Source: a virus. From it: DNA of 64,000 nt. The stretch spans positions 1 through 64,000 of IMG/VR virus record IMGVR_UViG_3300034072_002256, one strand, 5' to 3'. Below are positions 49,028-58,635 of the stretch, one piece after another; the first letter of the stretch is position 1, and each line of letters begins with the position of its first letter. The notes under the pieces are model-generated. The model saw only the letters and a list, made by a program, of their open reading frames with translations. It ran no database searches and had not been told where the DNA came from. The position numbers and the translations under genes were made by a program.

Positions 49028-49227
49028 CAGCACCAGCACGTAAGCCAGCCCCACGGCCTGACGATGAAGCCATCCAGCGTGAAATTGCGGTGTCATTGGC
49101 CATCAGGGAACAGTACGTCACTAATCATCCAGGTGACACTTTTGAGCAAGGTGTTGCAGCCGCATTGCTCTGGGTACTCGGCAATGGCGAACTGCCAAAC
49201 GGGGAGGCCAAGGGATGGATGAACTGA
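49024..49227 (+). CDS. Hypothetical protein
   Basis: Homologue of 10407-10610. Confidence 0.7.
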   Translation: MTAPARKPAPRPDDEAIQREIAVSLAIREQYVTNHPGDTFEQGVAAALLWVLGNGELPNGEAKGWMN

Positions 49228-49442
49228 CCAAAGCCTTATGGGAAATGCGCCAGCACATGATTTCACTCTGTGTGCTTTACAAGCTGGACGTATGGCCGCA
49301 AGTGCCCGGCTATGAATGCCTGATGAAAGGCATCGCCAGTACAGCCGGTATCGACGAAGACACACTCTGGAACTGGTTCGAAAACACTTGCGAGAGCGTT
49401 GAACAGCTGCAGGAGTTTGTCGAATTTCATAAAGCAGCATGA
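49215..49442 (+). CDS. Acidic hypothetical protein (reduced to MDELTKA* in prophage 1)
   Basis: 75-aa ORF ending at the ribozyme. Confidence 0.7.
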   Translation: MDELTKALWEMRQHMISLCVLYKLDVWPQVPGYECLMKGIASTAGIDEDTLWNWFENTCESVEQLQEFVEFHKAA

Positions 49443-49443
49443 A

Positions 49444-49512
49444 GCGAAACAGTCCGGTATTGATGACCGGGCTGTCTATCCAGCGTCGTGGCTGGGTACT
49501 GATGAGCAGCGG
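49444..49512 (+). ncRNA. Type II hammerhead ribozyme
   Basis: Same core and stems as 10623-10691; cut after 49476. Confidence 0.9.
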
Positions 49513-49521
49513 GAGCATTCA

Positions 49522-49941
49522 ATGATTAGCAAAGAGCAGTGGGCGACAATCGAAAAACATTTCAGTGAGCGAGTGTTTCACACTGAAAAATTCCAGTTGG
49601 GCGAAACTTTATTATCCGTCAGCAAGACATTTGTCGAAAAAAACAAACTCGGCTTAGTGGTTTACATAGACGGGGTTATTCAACCGTCCCAAGGAATTCA
49701 ATCCAGCAGTTTATTTAACCCGCTCACAAGTCAGGTGTGGTGCAAACGCACAAAGCATCTTTACTCACCGGCAAAGAAACAGAAGCTCATCAACGAGTAT
49801 GGCAAGCGTCGGATCAAACAGTATTTTCCGGATTTGGATAAAACCTATTCATATTTCTCTCCACTGTTTACCAGTGAAAAAACGCTCATTCGGCAGTTTA
49901 AAAAATTGGATGGGTTAAGTGTTGTCGCCGAGAGCGAATAA
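49522..49941 (+). CDS. Hypothetical basic protein flanked by hammerheads
   Basis: GGAG RBS, MISKEQWATIEK..., 139 aa; absent from prophage 1. Confidence 0.78.
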   Translation: MISKEQWATIEKHFSERVFHTEKFQLGETLLSVSKTFVEKNKLGLVVYIDGVIQPSQGIQSSSLFNPLTSQVWCKRTKHLYSPAKKQKLINEYGKRRIKQYFPDLDKTYSYFSPLFTSEKTLIRQFKKLDGLSVVAESE

Positions 49942-49997
49942 GCGAAACGCCAATTGGCGTCTATCCAGCGTCGTGGCTGGGTACTGATGAGCAGCGA
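49942..49997 (+). ncRNA. Type II hammerhead ribozyme (alternative stem III)
   Basis: GC-GAAA-CGCC-AATT-GGCG-UC; same stem I and CUGAUGA; cut after 49961. Confidence 0.9.
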
Positions 49998-50011
49998 AGA
50001 GGTAAGCAGTT

Positions 50012-50578
50012 TTGCAGACGAAAACATCAAAGCAGCATTTGATAAAGATGCTCCACATTGGCAAAAGCCAACTGCACATGGCCGACGAAAGCTATCGGGC
50101 GCTATTGGCCCACCACGGTAAAGGCAAAACAAGTAGCACTCAGCTGACCATTGCAGAACTGCAGGCTGTGCTGGATGCCATGGTTAATTTGGGTTTTAAG
50201 GTCGTTAAAAAGCCGGTTAAACCGGGGCAAAAACGCTTAAGCCCAACCAGTAGCGATGGCCCGCAAGATATCCGCGCAGTGATCCGCGCTGTTTGGGTGT
50301 TTATGGCTAAGGCCAAATTTCTGAACGACGGCAGTGAAACCGCTTTGAATAGCTGGGTGCAACGCATGACCTCTGAAATGAATGGCGGCATGGGTGTGGC
50401 TGAAGTTCAGTGGCTCCATGATGGCATGGCTGTGAAGGTGCTGGAGTCCTTAAAGCGCTGGTGTCGGCGTGAGATGTTCGACGCTTTGCGTTCTGACGGT
50501 CATGAAATCCACCCGCAAGCCAGTTACAGCCAGGTGCTGTCGAAATGGCAACGAATTTATGAAGGGCAGAGTGCATGA
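50012..50578 (+). CDS. gemA: Mu gp16/GemA-family protein
   Basis: Homologue of 10706-11272. Confidence 0.85.
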   Translation: MQTKTSKQHLIKMLHIGKSQLHMADESYRALLAHHGKGKTSSTQLTIAELQAVLDAMVNLGFKVVKKPVKPGQKRLSPTSSDGPQDIRAVIRAVWVFMAKAKFLNDGSETALNSWVQRMTSEMNGGMGVAEVQWLHDGMAVKVLESLKRWCRREMFDALRSDGHEIHPQASYSQVLSKWQRIYEGQSA

Positions 50579-51057
50579 AGTTAGGCCGCTGTCCCGTTTG
50601 TCACAGTCACATTCAGCTGGATGCATTGATCCAGGATGAAGCCGGCCGGCAGTTGCTTGGCCTGATGTCAAAGCTGGGTTATCAGCTGGCGCCAGCCCTT
50701 GTGAGTTATCTGGGCCTGTTCAGGCCAACGAAGCAAGACTTATCCAATGGCCGTGCCTTAAATCTGGCGCAGGAAACACTGGCCCTGACATCTAACCAGC
50801 CGTTACTGGCCGAAGCACTGCGCGAAACCGTGCAAAGCATTCACAACAAACGGCACCAGGGCGAAAACAAGCCGCTGGCCAATCACAACTATTTAAAGCG
50901 GGTGATGGAAGCCAAAGCGCAAGTGCCGGTAGCCAACCGTTCGCCCAGTATCGAACTGAAACAACAGCACCAGCTGTCACCGGCGGAAGACCGCAGATTA
51001 TATGAAGAGCGCATGCTGCAGTTAGGCGGCCGTATATTTACCAAGGTGGAACCATGA
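50575..51057 (+). CDS. Conserved Mu-like hypothetical protein
   Basis: Homologue of 11269-11751. Confidence 0.8.
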   Translation: MKLGRCPVCHSHIQLDALIQDEAGRQLLGLMSKLGYQLAPALVSYLGLFRPTKQDLSNGRALNLAQETLALTSNQPLLAEALRETVQSIHNKRHQGENKPLANHNYLKRVMEAKAQVPVANRSPSIELKQQHQLSPAEDRRLYEERMLQLGGRIFTKVEP

Positions 51058-51476
51058 GCGAACAGCAGTTAGACGCCTTTTCGACACCAGAAGAGCTGCA
51101 GGATTTACTGCAGCAACTGGAGAACTTGCCGGACGACCAGCGCCAGGATGTGGTGAAACGTATTCCGGCAATGCTGCAAAGTCTGATGGCTCTGTTTACC
51201 AGCGAACTGCGCAGCAAGGGAGCTAAGGATCCAGAGCGACTGGCAGAACACCTGGTGATTTGTATGGCGAACTACTTTGGTGGGATGCAGCTGTATTTAC
51301 CGCGCAACGACAAGCTGGCGCTGGAGCTTCGCAACATCCGGATTTATCAGCAACACCGGGGCGGTAACACAGAACAGCTGGCCCGCCAGTACGGCCTGAC
51401 GGCAATTCAGATTTATCACATTGTTCGGGAACAGACTGTCGCTGAGCGGGCGAGGCGGCAGATGGGACTATTTTAG
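51054..51476 (+). CDS. Mor/C-family activator
   Basis: Homologue of 11748-12170. Confidence 0.9.
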   Translation: MSEQQLDAFSTPEELQDLLQQLENLPDDQRQDVVKRIPAMLQSLMALFTSELRSKGAKDPERLAEHLVICMANYFGGMQLYLPRNDKLALELRNIRIYQQHRGGNTEQLARQYGLTAIQIYHIVREQTVAERARRQMGLF

Positions 51477-51548
51477 AGACGCGATGTGGTTGAGTCTTTT
51501 AAATGTTTTCCGTTATAGTCACAAAATTGACCATGCAAAGGAAAGCTA

Positions 51549-52997
51549 ATGTACTCTTCTGAAACTCTCAACCTCTCAAAACTTGTTGTTAACCAAGATA
51601 ATCCTCGATTTCCTGAACCTCAAGAAAATCAAAGAGCTGCAATAAACACAATGCTAAGGTTACAACAAGACAAGTTAATACAACTGGCAACTGACATTTG
51701 CGAAAGAGGATTAGATCCCACTGAAAGAGTACTAGTGGTGCCATCTATTGAATATGACGGACGCTTCAAGGTCCTCGAGGGGAATCGTCGTATAACCGCG
51801 CTTAAAATTTTGCACGAAAATGGTTTGATTGATGATGAAAAGACAAAAGCGGTCATCAGCCGACTAGCAAAAACAGCTCAGTCACTGCCTCAGACAATTG
51901 AATGTGCAGTTCTGGAGGATGAGTCAGACTCTGAGCACTGGGTTTCATTGAAACATACAGGGCAGAATAGCGGAAAGGGTCGTGTTGAATGGCAAACCAC
52001 TGAAAAAGAACGTTTTAAAGCTAGCCTAGGCAATGAGTCCTATACGAATCAATTTTATACATATCTTATGTCGGAAGACATGTTTGAGGATTTGAGAGCT
52101 GATATCAAAAAGTTGGTCAAACCTACGAATATTGGTCGTTTGTTAGGCGATCCTTATGTTCGGAAATGCCTTAATTTGGAGCCAATAAACGGTTTTTTAT
52201 TTTGCAAGATTTCTAAAGAACAATTCTTTGACAAGTGCTATGTGTTAATTAATGAAATGCTTGGTAACGGTACTATCGAAAACTTTCGAGTGCAGAACAT
52301 TTTTTATAAAGAAGACCGCTTAGGCCTAATGTCAAAGCTCCGGATCAATGAATTTTTCACTGGATTAAGAGACAAGCCTTGGAAAATTAGTGAACCTCAG
52401 AAATATCAAGAAGAAACACCGAATTCGCAAACTGAGGGAAGTGCGACTCAGCAAAGTGGCTCTGAAAAAAGCAGAAATGCCAATCAAGATAGCTCTTCCA
52501 CTACTACTGATGCGACTAAACAAGATAATTCAGAAACCGGCAGCAGGAAGCATCGTCCTGAAAATTCAGACAGGAACAAACTGATCAGTCAGTATTTTAC
52601 GCTTAAAATTGAGTCCCAAAAGTGCAATGAGATATTTAAGGAGCTAAAAACGAAGTTAGTTCCTATTGAACCGTATAAATACAGCATTAGTGTAATGATA
52701 AGAATTTTTCTTGATTTATCAGTCTCATACTTCATCGAGCATAGAGTACCGAAGGCTAAGAGAGTAAAATGCCAAGGGCTACATGAAAAAATAGTTTTTG
52801 TTAGCAACTACTTGCGAGACAATGACGAATTGGCACCGAGTCAAGCGACCGCAGTACAGACATTTTCCAGCTCTGTTACGGGAAGAACTGGTGATTTGCA
52901 ACAGTATGTACACAACGAAAGTTTCCAGCCAGAAAAGTCCAAGCTTATTGCCGAGTGGGATAATTTTTCTCCCCTATTTCGTGCTATCTGGAAATAA
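51549..52997 (+). CDS. ParB-like/HEPN-like protein
   Basis: Homologue of 12243-13691. Confidence 0.75.
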   Translation: MYSSETLNLSKLVVNQDNPRFPEPQENQRAAINTMLRLQQDKLIQLATDICERGLDPTERVLVVPSIEYDGRFKVLEGNRRITALKILHENGLIDDEKTKAVISRLAKTAQSLPQTIECAVLEDESDSEHWVSLKHTGQNSGKGRVEWQTTEKERFKASLGNESYTNQFYTYLMSEDMFEDLRADIKKLVKPTNIGRLLGDPYVRKCLNLEPINGFLFCKISKEQFFDKCYVLINEMLGNGTIENFRVQNIFYKEDRLGLMSKLRINEFFTGLRDKPWKISEPQKYQEETPNSQTEGSATQQSGSEKSRNANQDSSSTTTDATKQDNSETGSRKHRPENSDRNKLISQYFTLKIESQKCNEIFKELKTKLVPIEPYKYSISVMIRIFLDLSVSYFIEHRVPKAKRVKCQGLHEKIVFVSNYLRDNDELAPSQATAVQTFSSSVTGRTGDLQQYVHNESFQPEKSKLIAEWDNFSPLFRAIWK

Positions 52998-53012
52998 CAA
53001 GGTCAATTTAAA

Positions 53013-53867
53013 ATGAGATACTACACCCCGTTACGGTACCCAGGTGGAAAAGGCAAGCTCTCCTACTTTATAAAAGCGTTGCTAGAAGATAATAATCTTG
53101 TTGGAGGCGCTTATGTAGAGCCATTCGCCGGTGGTGCAGGGATAGCCTTAGAATTGCTCCTTCAAGAATTTGTTAGCGAGATTTACATAAACGACATCGA
53201 CTATGCTGTTTATTCTTTTTGGCGTTCTGTTATCGACCATACTGAAGACCTGTGTGCGGCTATTGAAAATACAGCTGTGACAATCGATGAATGGCATAAG
53301 CAACGTGAAATACTGAAATCTTCAGATAACATTTTAGAATTAGGGTTTGCAGCATTTTTTTTAAACAGAACAAATCGGTCTGGGATTCTTAATGCAGGTG
53401 TAATCGGTGGGAAGAAGCAAGACGGAAAGTGGAAACTTGATGTCAGATTTAACAAGTCAGAGTTAATCGAACGAATCCGAAAAATTGCAAGTCATAGAGA
53501 ACGTATTCATGTTTCCAATCTGGATGCTGTTCAATTCTTGAACACAATCACGCATATTTTGCCGCGTCGTTCTCTAATTTATTTAGACCCTCCGTATTAT
53601 GTAAAAGGACAAGGTCTCTACAGGAACTTTTACGAACATCAAGATCATGTAGATATAAAAAATGTTGTAGCGAGTATTCTTGATATACCTTGGATGGTTT
53701 CGTACGACAATTGTCCTGCGATTAGAGAAATTTATTCAGATTTTGAAATCTTTGAGTATGCACTCCAGTACACTGCGCAGGATAAGAAAGTTGGTTCGGA
53801 ATTGATGGTTTTCTCTGACTCACTCGTACTGCCTGAAGCAACACTTGGTAAAAGTCTAGTAGCTTAG
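53013..53867 (+). CDS. DNA adenine methyltransferase
   Basis: Homologue of 13707-14561; DPPY. Confidence 0.93.
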   Translation: MRYYTPLRYPGGKGKLSYFIKALLEDNNLVGGAYVEPFAGGAGIALELLLQEFVSEIYINDIDYAVYSFWRSVIDHTEDLCAAIENTAVTIDEWHKQREILKSSDNILELGFAAFFLNRTNRSGILNAGVIGGKKQDGKWKLDVRFNKSELIERIRKIASHRERIHVSNLDAVQFLNTITHILPRRSLIYLDPPYYVKGQGLYRNFYEHQDHVDIKNVVASILDIPWMVSYDNCPAIREIYSDFEIFEYALQYTAQDKKVGSELMVFSDSLVLPEATLGKSLVA

Positions 53868-53943
53868 TTAAGTAGTTTAATATCAACAGTTTATCTAGAA
53901 AAACTAATCTGCGGTCACCAATGACCAACCGCAGATTAGGCAG

Positions 53944-54378
53944 ATGTCCCCCAAGCTTAAACTTCATTTAAAAACTCATTCTTTTTCTCACGGCACGTAC
54001 GGCGAACTGTTTGACGGCAATACCGGTGAACGGCTTTGCGTTACTGTCGAGTGCCCCTGGCTAAACAACGAAGCTGGACGCAGCTGTGTACCAGCCGGCG
54101 ACTATGTTGTTGAATTGCATGTCAGCCCACGCTTTGGCAAATCTCTGATTATTGCTGCACCAAACCTTGGTGTTACGCATGAAGGCCCGAGCCTTCGCAC
54201 TCACTGTTTATTCCATTCTGCGAACCGCGCGTCTGAACTCAAAGGCTGCATTGCACCAGGTGTGCGTTTTGGCTCTGTTGACGATGACTGGGCGGTGCTG
54301 GATTCGCGTAAAGCGCTGGATAAGCTGCTGGTGCTAGTTGGCAACGATAAAGTGCCACTACGTATCGAGCGTGCGTGA
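53944..54378 (+). CDS. DUF5675-like putative endolysin
   Basis: Homologue of 14638-15072. Confidence 0.75.
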   Translation: MSPKLKLHLKTHSFSHGTYGELFDGNTGERLCVTVECPWLNNEAGRSCVPAGDYVVELHVSPRFGKSLIIAAPNLGVTHEGPSLRTHCLFHSANRASELKGCIAPGVRFGSVDDDWAVLDSRKALDKLLVLVGNDKVPLRIERA

Positions 54379-54635
54379 TGGGGCGCAACTGGGACTGGAG
54401 CTTTGACTGCGGGCGCGAAAAACGCATGCAGGCAGAGCACGCAGCTGCCCACGGCGGCTCGCCAGTGCCAGGCAAACCACCTCTGCATAGCCACGACAGC
54501 ACCATGCAATCTTTCTTCGAAAAAGGCTGGGCCTCGCCAACACCGGTAGAGATCCAGCGTTACATCAACCCTCCGCCGCCGATTGGTTTACAACTCAAAG
54601 CCAACCATCGTCTGCGCGACCTGTTAGGAATTTGA
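54375..54635 (+). CDS. Hypothetical protein
   Basis: Homologue of 15069-15329. Confidence 0.65.
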   Translation: MMGRNWDWSFDCGREKRMQAEHAAAHGGSPVPGKPPLHSHDSTMQSFFEKGWASPTPVEIQRYINPPPPIGLQLKANHRLRDLLGI

Positions 54636-55216
54636 TTATGTCTATTGCACTTGTAGCCAGTGTGGCCGCCATGGCTGTGCGCCAAGGCCCGAACGTGATC
54701 CGCGGTATCGCTTCTTTATTTGGTGGCAATGACACCGCAGATAAAGTGGCCAACATTGTGGAGCAGGTCGGCAGTATCGCCGGTATCAGTCCGGAGCAAA
54801 AAGTTGCGAAAGTCGCCGAGAAAATCGCAGCGCTGCCACCGGAAGTATTGCTGGGGTTAGAACAGCTCAAAGTGGAGCTGGAAAAAGAACAAACCCGGCG
54901 CCAGGAGCTGGCTTATAACGACCAGCAAACTACGCACCGCGAAACCCAAATGACGATCCGAAACGGCGATAACGTCACGGACGAATATGTCCGCCGCACC
55001 CGGCCGATGATGGCCCGGCAGTCATTTTATCTTGGGTCGCTATATGTGATTGCGATGGAACTGCTGATGGCCATAGGTAAAACCACAAGTGGCGCTGATT
55101 GGGCACTGGCCATGGCGATTTATACCCCAGCGCTTAGCTACATGGGCCTGCGGACTCTGGATGGCTTTGCTCCCTTTGGTAAAAACAGCAGCCAAAAGCC
55201 AGGAAAGCCGGCATGA
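54632..55216 (+). CDS. Putative holin-like protein
   Basis: Homologue of 15326-15910. Confidence 0.6.
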   Translation: MIMSIALVASVAAMAVRQGPNVIRGIASLFGGNDTADKVANIVEQVGSIAGISPEQKVAKVAEKIAALPPEVLLGLEQLKVELEKEQTRRQELAYNDQQTTHRETQMTIRNGDNVTDEYVRRTRPMMARQSFYLGSLYVIAMELLMAIGKTTSGADWALAMAIYTPALSYMGLRTLDGFAPFGKNSSQKPGKPA

Positions 55217-55446
55217 CAGATGTAATCGACCAGGCAGCACTGCGGGAAGAACAGATCCGGCAACAGGCAATTAATGCTGCGCTTAGCAAACCGCTTGAAT
55301 CTCAGGATATCGACGAGTCGGGTAATTATTACTGCAATGACTGCGGCATTCAGATCCCGTTCAAACGCATTGCTGCAGTGCCCCATGCCGTGTGCTGCAT
55401 CGACTGTCAAACCATCCGCGAACACAAAGGAAAGCACTTTGTTTGA
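55213..55446 (+). CDS. TraR/DksA C4 zinc finger
   Basis: Homologue of 15907-16140. Confidence 0.9.
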   Translation: MTDVIDQAALREEQIRQQAINAALSKPLESQDIDESGNYYCNDCGIQIPFKRIAAVPHAVCCIDCQTIREHKGKHFV

Positions 55447-55777
55447 AGACATCAATTACACCGGGGCCAAGTTCTGGCTGGACTTTCTGCAAGTCGCTTT
55501 TACCGCGTTGATTGGCTTGTATGTCTGGCTTAGTAAGCCAACCAAGCAAAACAAAATCGCCACGGAACAGCTCCGGGAAATTCTGCTGGCACAAGACCGT
55601 CGACTGGGAGAACTGGAGTTAAAGCTGCAGTTCATCCCGGATCAAGACGAATTCCATGCCCTGGACAAAAAGGTTTCTGAGCTGGTCGGCAAGATGGACA
55701 ACGTGCATGGCCGGATGCGCTCGGTGGATCAGAAACTCGATTTACTCATTGAAAACGAACTGCGAGGGAAATCCTGA
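55439..55777 (+). CDS. gp25/DUF2730-like protein
   Basis: Homologue of 16133-16471. Confidence 0.7.
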   Translation: MFEDINYTGAKFWLDFLQVAFTALIGLYVWLSKPTKQNKIATEQLREILLAQDRRLGELELKLQFIPDQDEFHALDKKVSELVGKMDNVHGRMRSVDQKLDLLIENELRGKS

Positions 55778-56067
55778 TGTTGCAGGAATTGATGACCGAA
55801 CATCAGCGGCTGGCCATTTTACGCCTGCTGGCTGAGGATTCCGGGTATGACCTGAACGAATCCATTTTGCATGATGGCGTGAACGCACTGGGGCTGGATA
55901 TCAGCCGGGACCAGCTGCGGACGCAATTAGCCTGGCTCAGCGAGCAGGGCTGTGTGCAGCTCGACAAAGTAGGCTCAGTGCAGGTCGCCAAACTGTCCGA
56001 ACGTGGCTTAGATGCTGCCAATGGCCGTGCCCGCATCCCTGGGATTAAACGCCCAACACCAAAATAA
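55777..56067 (+). CDS. gp26-like protein
   Basis: Homologue of 16471-16761. Confidence 0.8.
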   Translation: MLQELMTEHQRLAILRLLAEDSGYDLNESILHDGVNALGLDISRDQLRTQLAWLSEQGCVQLDKVGSVQVAKLSERGLDAANGRARIPGIKRPTPK

Positions 56068-56078
56068 AAGGTGCCCCG

Positions 56079-56660
56079 ATGAATGACAAAGTCACCAGGG
56101 GCCGTCGCAGCAAAATCCATCTGTTACCCGAAGAGATCCGGCGTGAGCTGGACGCCAAGCTGCGCGATGGCCGCCTGACCCAGCAAGACGTGCTGGACTA
56201 TATCAACGACCTTATCGAACAAAGCCAACTGCCTGAAGACGAAAAGTCAGAGCTGAAAATCAGCCGCTCTGGCCTCAATCGCTACGCGACCCATCTTGAA
56301 ACTATCGGTAAGGACATCCGCGAACTGCGGGAAGTCAGCAATGCCTTGGTGGCACAGCTTGGCGACAAACCTACTGGTGATGTCAGCAAGATGATTTTGG
56401 AGATTGGCCGCACTCAGCTGTTCAAAGCCATGATGCAGCAGTCTTCAGCGGAAGAAATGGATATCGGCCTGATAAAGGACGCCATGCTGGCTGCACAGCG
56501 CCTTGAAGCTGCGGCGATGCAAAGCCATAAACGCGAAAAAGAGATCCGCCAGTTGTTCGCTGCAGAGGCCGTAGAAGCTGCGGAAAAAGTAGCGAAGCAA
56601 GCCGGCTTAACTGCCGAAGGCGTGGCCACTCTTAAGCGCGAAATTCTGGGGATCGCCTGA
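56079..56660 (+). CDS. Terminase small subunit
   Basis: Homologue of 16774-17355. Confidence 0.85.
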   Translation: MNDKVTRGRRSKIHLLPEEIRRELDAKLRDGRLTQQDVLDYINDLIEQSQLPEDEKSELKISRSGLNRYATHLETIGKDIRELREVSNALVAQLGDKPTGDVSKMILEIGRTQLFKAMMQQSSAEEMDIGLIKDAMLAAQRLEAAAMQSHKREKEIRQLFAAEAVEAAEKVAKQAGLTAEGVATLKREILGIA

Positions 56661-56935
56661 TGAACTTATTTTCAGAACGAGTCGCAAATTTGCTGGGGTT
56701 CATCACGAAAGCGCAGGCGAAAAGCGAAGGGTATTCCCATCACGCGAGCTACTACGGAATTCCGCTTTGGATGGGTGACATTGAAAGTGATGGTCCAATT
56801 GTCTCCGTAAAATGGCGACCGCTGGACTGTGTAATGGATTTGTTCATGTACATCGAGGCGTTCATGTTTCCGCTAGTCCATGGCGCAGATACCGAACCCA
56901 TGTTCATGTTTAAAATCCATGGGGAATTGAAGTGA
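56660..56935 (+). CDS. Hypothetical protein inserted between terS and terL
   Basis: 91 aa, overlaps both neighbours; absent from prophage 1. Confidence 0.75.
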   Translation: MNLFSERVANLLGFITKAQAKSEGYSHHASYYGIPLWMGDIESDGPIVSVKWRPLDCVMDLFMYIEAFMFPLVHGADTEPMFMFKIHGELK

Positions 56936-58635
56936 AAGTGCGCAAAATCATTCAGGCGTCCGTGCTGGCCAGCAGCCTGGTGCTTTCACCATTGGCTCAG
57001 GCCATTCAGGCCAAAGCACCTGCCAGCCAATCAGCGATCGCTACCAATGCGCCAGTGTTGCAGGTGACTGCAGCGCAGAACGCGCAGGCAGTTGCTGATC
57101 ACAACGCCGGCCAGCTCAGTCTGTTCGACCCTGGCGAAGTCTTGCTGGGTTATCAGAAACGCTGGATAGCCGACGAAAGCCCTTTAAAAATTGCCGAGAA
57201 AAGCCGGCGAACTGGCATTACCTGGGCAGAAGCTTGTGATGCGGTGCTATGTGCATCCACCCGGCGCCAGGATGGCGGCTGCAACCATTTCTATGTGGGC
57301 AGCAACAAAGAGATGGCCCGCGAGTTTATCGAAGCGGCGGCCATGTGGGCGCGGGTCTTTAACAAGGCCGGCTCAGAAATTCAGGAAGAGCTGTTTGTTG
57401 ATGACGGCCAGGAAGGCAAAGAGATCCTAACCTTTGTCGTGCATTTTGCCAGTGGCTATAAAATCCAGGCGCTTAGCTCCAACCCGTCGAACCTTCGCGG
57501 TATGCAGGGTAATGTCACCATCGACGAAGCCGCATTCCACGAACGTCTGGCCGAAGTATTAAAAGCCGCCCTGGCACTGACCATGTGGGGCAGCAAAGTC
57601 CGTTTAATCAGTACTCATAACGGCATTGAAAACCTGTTTAACCAGCTAGTTCAAGACAGCCGCGCCGGCAAAAAACGCTACTCAATCCATACCATCACGC
57701 TTGATGATGCCTGCCGCGATGGCTTGTATCAGCGCATCTGCCAGACACGAAAGCTCAGCTGGAGCATGGAAAAGGAAATCGAGTGGAAGGAAGGTCTGCT
57801 TAAAGACACCGCCACCGAAGAAGATGCGCTGGAAGAATATTTCTGTGTGCCAAAGGCTGGCGCTGGCATCTATTTGAAACGCACGCTCATTGAGCGCGCC
57901 ATGGTCAAAGACCACAGTATTCCGATTGTTCGTTTTACGGCGCCCAAAGACTTTGAGCTGTTATCCGATGCAGACCGGCAGCGCATTGTCAGTGAATGGC
58001 TGGAAAACAATGTGCAGTTTTTGCTGGAGCAGCTGCCGGCGAACTGCCGGCATGTATTCGGCGAGGACTTTGCCCGCAAAGGTGACTTGTCAGTATTTGT
58101 ACCATTAACCATCCGGCCGAACCTGACCAAACGGGTGCCATTTGTCGTTGAGATCTCCAACGGCACTTATGAAGCTCAACGCCAAATCCTGATGTACATC
58201 ATGGAGCGCCTGCCGCGCTTTACTGGGGCAGCATTTGATAGCACCGGTAACGGCGGGTATTTGGCTGAAACGGCTAGGCTGAAGTTTGGCACTGAAATGG
58301 TCGATTGCGTGATGCTAAGCCAAGCCTGGTATCGGGAGTGGATGCCCAAGCTTAAAGCCGAGTTTGACGATGGCTTTATCGAGATCCCGCGTCACCAGGA
58401 CATCCTTGACGACCTTTGCAAAATCCAGCTGAAAAACGGCGTGCCACAAATTGAGAAAGGCTCCGGCAAAGGCACGGATGGCCAGCAGCGCCACGGTGAC
58501 TTTGCAGTTGCGCTGGCCATGGCCGTTCGCGCCAGTTGGATGGAAGGTGGCGAAATCGACTTCACCTCAATCACAGCACTAACACAAAACAAAGACTCCC
58601 CCTCAGAAATGCAATCCTCATCAGGATGTTGGTAA
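56932..58635 (+). CDS. Terminase large subunit
   Basis: Homologue of 17355-19055. Confidence 0.95.
   Translation: MKVRKIIQASVLASSLVLSPLAQAIQAKAPASQSAIATNAPVLQVTAAQNAQAVADHNAGQLSLFDPGEVLLGYQKRWIADESPLKIAEKSRRTGITWAEACDAVLCASTRRQDGGCNHFYVGSNKEMAREFIEAAAMWARVFNKAGSEIQEELFVDDGQEGKEILTFVVHFASGYKIQALSSNPSNLRGMQGNVTIDEAAFHERLAEVLKAALALTMWGSKVRLISTHNGIENLFNQLVQDSRAGKKRYSIHTITLDDACRDGLYQRICQTRKLSWSMEKEIEWKEGLLKDTATEEDALEEYFCVPKAGAGIYLKRTLIERAMVKDHSIPIVRFTAPKDFELLSDADRQRIVSEWLENNVQFLLEQLPANCRHVFGEDFARKGDLSVFVPLTIRPNLTKRVPFVVEISNGTYEAQRQILMYIMERLPRFTGAAFDSTGNGGYLAETARLKFGTEMVDCVMLSQAWYREWMPKLKAEFDDGFIEIPRHQDILDDLCKIQLKNGVPQIEKGSGKGTDGQQRHGDFAVALAMAVRASWMEGGEIDFTSITALTQNKDSPSEMQSSSGCW

Noticed and set aside
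49399-49521. 180-aa version of the ribozyme-flanked ORF
   Set aside because: The extension runs through the hammerhead; RBS and ATG at 49522 fit better.
42375-57860. Prophage 2 as an assembly duplication of prophage 1
   Set aside because: Many synonymous differences, different repressor and head modules, and whole-gene indels.
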